NCBI RefSeq assembly: GCF_028641065.1
Contig: NC_073390.1
Span: 39,866,001-39,930,000 of the forward strand
Direction of reading: 5' to 3'
DNA from: Leucoraja erinacea
Taxonomy: Eukaryota
DNA: 64,000 nucleotides
Positions 56,540 through 64,000 of the stretch are shown one piece after another. Under the pieces are notes generated by a model. The model made no database searches. It was not told the DNA's origin and was given only the letters and a program-made list of their open reading frames with translations. Position numbers and translations under genes: made by a program. The stretch's first letter is position 1. Each line of letters begins with the position of its first letter.

Positions 56540-59500
56540 CTATATATTTCCAAACAAATTGGTTACCCTGAGAAAAAGCATCAGGATTTGATAGCACCAT
56601 ATGAATTCTTTTGTAAATTATCTATTAAATCAAATTGTACTTTTTCTTTTCTGAATCGTTCACTCATTTGTCTTCTTTCTTCCTCATACCTCTCACAATG
56701 TATAATGACATGCTCTATTGTCTCTTCTTGACCACAGTATTCACATCTGCCTGTATTATGCTTGCCTATTATAAAAAGTGTACTGTTCAGACCAGTGTGT
56801 CCAAATCTGATTCTTGAAATTACTGTCTCCTCTTTTCTGTTTTTTCCTGCACATCTCATTTCTCCCACTTTCCTCTGGACTCTGTAGAACCACCGTCCTT
56901 TCCGCTCTTCCTCCCATTGCTTTTGCCATCTTTCCTTCAGTCTTTGCTTAATAATGTCTTTGATTTCAGTTTTACCCATGTTAATACTTAAATCAATCTT
57001 ACTTCTTTTTGTTACTTCTTTTGCTACCTTATCTGCCATTTCGTTTCCTCTAACGCCAATGTGTGCTGGTACCCATAAAAATATGACTATAAGCCCCATC
57101 ATTTGAATTCTGAATAGTGTTTGTTGTATTTCAATCAAAATGTCTGGTCTACTGTCTGAATGGCTGTGCTGTAAACTCTTTATTGCTAAACTTGAATCTG
57201 AACAAATAACTGTCCTTAAAGGCCTGGTATCCTCGATCCACTGTACCGCTAACAATATTGCAATCATTTCACCTGTGTATACTGAGACTTCATTATTGAT
57301 CCTCTTCCCTACTTTGATGTGAAATTCTGATACAATAAATGCTACTCCTACTTTATCTACTGAATCTTTTGATGCATCTGTATAAATTTGGACAAAGCTG
57401 TAGTATCTGTCAATGTATGATGAATGAATTATACATACGTTGTTTATCCTTGTTTTTCTGTTCTAATATTGTAAAGTCTACTGTTGCATCTGGAAGTATC
57501 CAAGATGGAATTGAAGGTAATGGAACCGTTGGAACCACATTTAATTGTGCTATGCTGATTTGTATTGCTCTGGGTCACTGTCCACCCAAAACATTTTGTT
57601 TCCCTTCTCTCCTTTTCCCAGCATGGTTTGACAGTAACTTGTGCTGGGTGTTCTTGACTGTGGCCCTGTAGGTTAATCCAGTAATTCAATGAAAGCTGTA
57701 TCCATCTCATCTCTAGAGGCATCTCCTCCATTTCAACCCGTAATGCTGCTGTTGGAGTTGTTTTTATTGCACCTGTACATATTCTCAATGCCTGATATTG
57801 AATGTGGTCTATTTTCTTAAGAGAAGTACTTGATGCCGACCCATACACCACAACCATAATCTAACACAGATCTAATTAACCCAGTGTATATAGCCTTCAA
57901 AGCTGTTCTATCTGCCCCCCAATCACATCCAACTAAACATCTCATTACATTCAGTATCTTCTTACATTTGTCCACTACTTTCTGAATATGAACCATCCAT
58001 GTAATCCTCTCATCAAACCATAAACCTAAAAATGTATAGTATTTTACTCTCTCCAATTCCTGGTTATATAATTTTAGTTTAACCTCACTACCAATTTTCT
58101 TCCTAGTAAAAAACAATATCTGTTTTTTCCACAGAAAATTTGAATCCCCATTTATATGACCACTCTTGTACCTTTATTATAGCCCTCTGTAGTTTCTGCA
58201 CAATAAACTTCACATTTCTCCCCCTTTTCCAGATTGCCCCATCATCCGCAAACAGTGAAACTCCCATTTCATTTACAATTTCTTCATATACATCATTTAT
58301 CATTACTAAAAATAGTAAAGGACTTATTATGCTCCCTTCAGGTGTTCCATTTTCAATATCTAATGTTCCTGAGTATTGATTTCCAACTCGTACTTGTATT
58401 GACCTCCCAAATAAAAAATCCTTAATCCATTTAAATATACGACCTTTAATCCCCAATTTACCTAGTTTCACTAATAACCCTTCTCCCCACATCATATCAT
58501 ATGCTTTCTCAATATCAAAAAATACAGCTACTACACTTTCTCTGTTAATTTGTGCTCTCCTAATTTCATGTTCTAAACATATAGCTGGATCCATGGTGTT
58601 TCTCCCCTTCCTAAAACCACTCTGGTAATGGATAAATATCCTTTATTTTCTACATAATATGTTAACCTTTCATTTGCCATTTTTTCCATTACTTTACATA
58701 TGTTGGATGTTAACGCAATAGGCCTATAATTCCCTGGGTTTGTCAGATCTTTACCTGGCTTTCCTATTGGGATTACTACTGCCTCCTTCCAGCTTTGCAG
58801 TAATTTCCCACCCTCCCACACTTTATTATAAAATTCTAACAAAAAATCCTTGGATGTTTCACTGAGATGGTTTAACATGGTGTAACATATCCGATCTTTA
58901 CCTGGTGCTGACATCTTGGTTTTTCTAAGAGCTCGGTTGAATTCTGTCTTTGTGAATGGTTTGTTGAGTACATCGTTAGTGTCTTCCTCATGTCGTATTA
59001 ACTGTATATTATCTGCTATGGTATTTTCTTTTCCTTTTCTTCCTTCTTCAATAACATTGTCTGAACTGTGAATTTTTGCAAAAGATTTTGCCAACATCTC
59101 TGCTTTCTCTTCATCTTTCACTGCTGTAATTTCACCGTCGGTTATGATTGGATATTTGTATTCTCTTTTAATTCCTTTCATTCTCCTTATCATTCCCCAA
59201 ACTTGACCTACTTTTGTCTCCCTTCCCACTCAGTTACAAAATGTCCTCCAAAATTCCCTCTTTGCATTTTTTATTACTCTTCTTACACTTGCTTGCAACC
59301 TTTTGTATTCAATAAGATTCTGAAAATTGTGATTTATTTTCAAAATTTTAAAAGCTTTATTTCGACACTTAATTGCTTTGTCACACTCCTTAGTCCATCA
59401 AGTCCATTGGTACACTCTTCTTGTTGTGCTTACCTCCTTTCTTCTTAATGGACTTTGTTGCTGCCTCTAAAATGGCTTCACAAACAGAAATATTTATCCA

Positions 59501-60265
59501 CATCTTCATAAATATCAATTTTCTCCATTTCTTGCTCACTAATAATCTTAAACTTCTCCCAATCAGCACCACTAAAATACCACTTCTGTATTCTCTCTGT
59601 ATTATACTCCTCTAAACTCACTCCTACTACTATTTCTATCAGGTAGTGGTCACTTCCTACCGTTGTTCGTCAAATTACTTCCCATGAACAAACACCCGCC
59701 AATGAGTCTGACACTAGTGTGAGGTCTATGGCTGATTCTGACCCTGTTCTGATGTTGATTCGTGTCCCACTTCCATCATTAAGACACACAAGGTTTTTAT
59801 TCTCCATTAAATCCTCAATCACCATCCCATTTTCATCATTAGAATCATCCCACAACGTGCTATGAGCATTAAAATCTCCACAACATATAACTTTCCCCCC
59901 TAAATACCCAGCAAGTTCATCCATCAACTCCATTGAAAGCCTTTTACACGGATTATAAAAATTAACAATTTTAACCCCACCTTCTCTTGTCCAAATTTCA
60001 ACCACAGTCCAATTCTAATTCTGTTCCTTTCACCAACAATCTATACTGTATTCCTTGCTTTATAAATATTACACACCCCCCCTCCACTCCCCTCCCCCCT
60101 ATCTCTACGGATACTATCATAACCTTTGCTGACAAAGTCTAATGAAGGCTTAAGCCAGGTTTCTTGAATACATATGACTTCTGGTTACTTCTTTAACTCT
60201 TTAATGAATCCTTTAAACTCTTGTCCATTTGCTATTATGCTCCTTGCGTTCCATTGTAATATAAT
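56540..60265 (-). pseudogene. Nimb/I ORF2 (endonuclease, reverse transcriptase, RNase H), broken by frameshifts and stops
   Basis: LQWNARS, GDFNAHS, SAIDLT, YRPIALTS, FFDIEKAYD, LFADD, ICSDS, WVPAHIGVRGNEMAD, CEYCGQEETIEHVIIHC in several frames. Confidence 0.92.
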
Positions 60266-61429
60266 CAATTTGACCTATCACCAGAACCTTCCTGCCTTCC
60301 ATCTGCTTCAAGCTTTTTATTGATACGCTCCCATACTTCTTTTAAACTCAAAAACTTCTCTGCTCCCTTAACAATGATTTTTATTTTTTCTGTTTTGTAT
60401 TTAACCTGATCAGTACAGTTGATTACATATGCAATGAAAACAATAAGCTTATCAGCTGTCAGTTCTATGTGAGTTTTGACTGCTTGACTTTCCTCTGATC
60501 TCAAAAACGGACGATTCTCTCTCCCATTTGTCCTTGCACCTTCTTCACTGCCTCCGAGTAGCTTATGTTACTTCCTGTTTTCACTTGCTGAATCTCCACA
60601 GCCCTCTTCCTGACTTCACATCCCCCATACGTTACCCTGTGCGGTCCTCCGCAATTGCAGCATTTATCCTGCATATTTTCTCTGCACTCTTCAAATCTAT
60701 GCTCTCCTCCACACTTGGGACACCTCTGCTTCCCCTTACACACCACTGCTATGTCCATACCTCTGGCATTTATAACATCGGAGCGGTGGAGGGATACAAG
60801 GCCTCACTGGAAAACTCATGCATCCGATTCTCACTTTTTCTGGTAGTTCAGACTGCTGAAACTCCAGAAGCACAGACAAGCTCTCTACCCTCTTACCCTC
60901 CACTGTCCTTAACAATCTCTTAGCTTCACTCACCTGACCACCAAAAATACTCCTTTTGAGTTTCTCCAGGTCTTCATCTACAGGAATACCTGTTATTACT
61001 CCCCTTGTCACTACTCTCACCCAGAGTCTTTCTTTCACTGACCATCTTCTTGCAAACACTTTCAATCTTCAGAGCCTTATTTTTCTGCTCCTCCGTTTTA
61101 CATATTATTAACAAGTTCCCGTCTCTCAAAATCTTAGCTGTTTCCACCTCTCCTACCTTCTTCTTTAGCTCCCTGGACAAAGCTATCGTACTTAAATTGA
61201 CATGCTCATCTTCCTTTCTGAATTTCAGTATTATTTTAACCTCCTTCCTTTCAACCTTTTTCCGAACCGTTCTCCTATCCTCTTCTGAACAGTTCCCTTC
61301 AAAACTCCTTTTGCTGCTTTGGCTGAGCTCGTGATTCCTCCCTGATCTCTGACTAGACACTGATGTCCAGTCACCAAAAACCCTATCATCTTGACCTTCG
61401 TCATCCTCTAATCCTACCTGAGTTGCCAT
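60265..61429 (-). pseudogene. Nimb/I ORF1 (gag-like, zinc knuckles), frameshifted
   Basis: Pieces 60974-61429, 60736-61065, 60501-60758 and 60265-60504; PLRCYKCQRYGH, CPKCGGEH, CCNCGGPH. Confidence 0.88.
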
Positions 61430-61859
61430 TTGATCCAGTCACAAACCAGTTTATGCCAACCGCCAATTCCTAGTCCCTCTCTTCACATTCACCAGGACAC
61501 GGCGGCCATTGTTGAGTCGGGTTTCTATGTTTCTAGCGAAGATCCTGTAGTCTGCCTCACCCGCTGAGTTTCTCCAGCATTTTTGTCTACCTTCACACTG
61601 CTTGTGTTGCTTTTGTTGCGTGCTAACCAATCAGCGGAAAGACAGTACATGATTACAATCAAGCGATCCACAGTGTACAGATACACGATAAGGGAATAAC
61701 GTTTAGTGCAAGGTAAAGCCAGCAAAGTACGATCAAGGATAGTCCGAGGGTCACCAATGAGGTAGATAGTAGTTCAGCACTGCTCTCTGGTTGTGGTAGG
61801 ATGATTCAGTTGCCTGAGAACAGCTGGGATGAAACTGTCCCTGAATCTGGAGGTGAGTC

Positions 61860-62606
61860 AAGTCGTCAAGTTTATTCCTCACATACACATACGAGATGTG
61901 CAGTGAAATGAAAAGTGGCAATGCTCGCGAATGTTTGCAAAAAACAAACAAACTACAAACAGAATGGAACAGAATCACATATTACATATTTGTGGGAGGG
62001 AGGGAGGGAAGAAAAAGGAAAAAAAAACAGCAATTTTAAATAGACACCACACAACAGTAGAGTGGTTCAGTAAAGTTAGTCCCTGGAGAGATAGGAGTTT
62101 ACAGTCCTAATGGCCTCTGGGAAGAAACTCCTTCTCATCCTCTCCGTTCTCACAGCATGGCAACGGAGGCGTTTGCCTGACCGTAGCCGCTGGAACAGTC
62201 CGTGGCTGGGGTGGAAGAGGTCTCCCATGATCTTGTTGGCTCTGGAGTTGCACCTTCTGATGTATAGTTCCTGCGGGGGGACGAGTGAAGTTCCCATAGT
62301 GCGTTTGGCCAAACACACTACTCTCTGCAGAGCCTTCTTGTCCTGGGCAGAGCAGTTCCCAAACCAAATCGTGATATTTCTGGACATGATGCTTTCCACA
62401 GCTGCTGAGTAGAAGCATTGGAGGATCCTCAGAGACACTCTGAATTTCCTCAATTGCCTGAGGTGGTAAAGGCGCTGCCTTGCTTTACTCACCAGTGCTG
62501 CGGCGTGTGATGTCCATGTCAGATCCTCTGAGATGTGGACTCCCAGGTATTTAAAACAGCTCACCCTATCCACAGTATCCCCATTCATCTTCAATGGTGT
62601 GTACAT
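61860..62606 (-). mobile_element. Rex1/Babar-type LINE 3' fragment
   Basis: ORF 62076-62606 FKYLGVHISEDLTW...KARQRLYHLRQL...RTERMRRSFFPEAIR plus AATAAACTTGAC tail. Confidence 0.88.
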
Positions 62607-62825
62607 CCTCAGACGTAAAACACAAAGTGCTGGAGGAATTCAGTGGGTCCATCGCCTTACAGTCTGTTCTGATGTAGTTTAAATAAAGGATCTATCTAGA
62701 TCTATTATTGTCATCGCGTGTGGCAGGGGGAGGAGGAAAGAGAAAGAGAGAGGGGGGAATGTGGGGAGGGGAGGGAGAAAGAAGAGGTGGGGGGGGAGGT
62801 AGATGGGGGAGGTAGAGGGAGGGAG

Positions 62826-63085
62826 NNNNNNNNNNNNNNNNNNNNNNNNNNNNNNNNNNNNNNNNNNNNNNNNNNNNNNNNNNNNNNNNNNNNNNNNNNN
62901 NNNNNNNNNNNNNNNNNNNNNNNNNNNNNNNNNNNNNNNNNNNNNNNNNNNNNNNNNNNNNNNNNNNNNNNNNNNNNNNNNNNNNNNNNNNNNNNNNNNN
63001 NNNNNNNNNNNNNNNNNNNNNNNNNNNNNNNNNNNNNNNNNNNNNNNNNNNNNNNNNNNNNNNNNNNNNNNNNNNNNNNNNNNNN
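62826..63085. other. Assembly gap (260 N) inside a GA-rich tract
   Basis: Run of N flanked by purine-rich low-complexity sequence. Confidence 0.99.
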
Positions 63086-63190
63086 GGGAGAAGAGAGGAA
63101 GGAAGGGAGAGAGGGAAGGTGTGTCAGGAGCGCTGCTTTACACCTCTGCCTGACTGCCCCAGCCGGTTGGGCCGGTTTTGCTCCGGCAGC

Positions 63191-64000
63191 ATGGGCACCT
63201 TCATCGGCCACATCTCTCCGGGCATCGCCTTCTTGTCGTTCGGGCTGCTGTACGCGGTCCGGTTCTCGTCGCTGCTGGCCCGGGGGCAGCGGACACTGTG
63301 CCTGCCCGGTACGGCCCGCAGGCCGGGGGTGAGGGGCTGCGTGGGGCGAGTGCCGGCCGAGGGGGTGATGAAGGTGGTGTACAGCACGGTGGCGGTGCTG
63401 GCCGAGTTCTTCTACCCGCCCGGGGTGGACAAGCTGCACATGTACAACCCGGACAAGCCCGGCTACCCCTTCATCCACCCCAACGAGTGGCAGCACGCCA
63501 CCATGTACGCCTACTTCGCGCTGAGCGGATGGGTGGACATCATCAGCCAGGCTTGTCTACCCCGGCGCGTCCACCTGTGCGAGAGAGTGGCCATCGCCCT
63601 GCCCTTCTACATTGAAGCCTTGCTACTGTACCATCACGCCCACGGCAAGCAGCAGGTGGAGAGCACCGTGCACTCGCTGCTCCTCCTCGCCTGTATCCTG
63701 GTGTGTGTGGTCCTCACCGCCGAGCTGTGGAGACCCAACGAGCCGCTGCTGTGGTTCGCCAAGACGTGCCTGGTGATGGTGAAGGGCAGCTGGCTCCTCC
63801 ACGCCGCCTTCATCCTCTACAGACCGTTCCTGGGGCAGCCGTGGGCGGACGGCGACATGGCCAACCTGATGTTCCTCACCAACTTCTTCTGCTGGCACCT
63901 GGCTCTCAACGCCTCCCTGCTGCTGGCCATCTACTGGTTCACCGCCCTGTGGCTCAGCCGCTGCCGCCGCTGCCGCCGCAACCTCGCCGGGGCCAACTCT
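63191..64000 (+). CDS. TMEM45/TEDDM1-family (DUF716) membrane protein, TEDDM1-like, intronless, 3'-partial
   Basis: 270 open codons MGTFIGHISPG...PNEWQHATMY...LTAELWRPN...GSWLLHAAFILYRP...MFLTNFFCWH; high GC3; no stop before the window end, hence absent from the ORF track. Confidence 0.92.
   Translation, partial: MGTFIGHISPGIAFLSFGLLYAVRFSSLLARGQRTLCLPGTARRPGVRGCVGRVPAEGVMKVVYSTVAVLAEFFYPPGVDKLHMYNPDKPGYPFIHPNEWQHATMYAYFALSGWVDIISQACLPRRVHLCERVAIALPFYIEALLLYHHAHGKQQVESTVHSLLLLACILVCVVLTAELWRPNEPLLWFAKTCLVMVKGSWLLHAAFILYRPFLGQPWADGDMANLMFLTNFFCWHLALNASLLLAIYWFTALWLSRCRRCRRNLAGANS

Larger units (their letters stand above)
56421..61551 (-). mobile_element. Full-length Nimb/I-group non-LTR retrotransposon (frameshifted), 5.1 kb
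   Basis: ORF1 with CCHC knuckles; ORF2 with APE, RT, RNase H and CCHC; (GAA)n tail; 14-bp TSD CTGCC(C/T)CACCCGCT at 56407-56420 and 61552-61565. Confidence 0.92.

Noticed and set aside
62711-63898. Alternative-frame and antisense ORFs over the gap and TEDDM1-like CDS
   Set aside because: They span N bases or shadow a high-GC3 coding frame.

Overview
Vertebrate genomic DNA, almost certainly a cartilaginous fish (skate/ray type, inferred from the HE1-like V-SINEs and CR1/HER1-like LINE tails). Four protein-coding genes can be reconstructed by hand with GT-AG, phase-consistent exons, mostly missed or fragmented in the ORF track. (1) PLAAT1/HRASLS, - strand: first coding exon 4015-4153, the rest lies off the left edge. 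(2) Complete POLR2H/RPB8, + strand: 5 coding exons, 150 aa. (3) Complete 12-exon MFSD8-like MFS transporter, + strand, 489 aa. (4) Intronless TMEM45/TEDDM1-family gene running off the right edge. The rest is dense with repeats: CR1-type, Rex1/Babar, Tx1, Vingi-like and RTE-like LINE pieces, V-SINEs, Tigger and Harbinger MITEs, a full-length but frameshifted 5.1-kb Nimb/I-group retrotransposon with TSD, and Penelope-like (PLE) remnants. The most striking signal is a family of PLE-derived fold-back mini-elements carrying minimal hammerhead ribozymes. Five of them have tandem 66-nt arrays that start exactly at the ribozyme GAAACGUC, which could supply the partner strand in cis. Other notable signals are a 13-nt 5'UTR/3'UTR complementarity in the Nimb element, tandem TCF/YY1 and NRF1 motif arrays at two promoters, and a two-state hairpin around a PLAAT1 splice donor.
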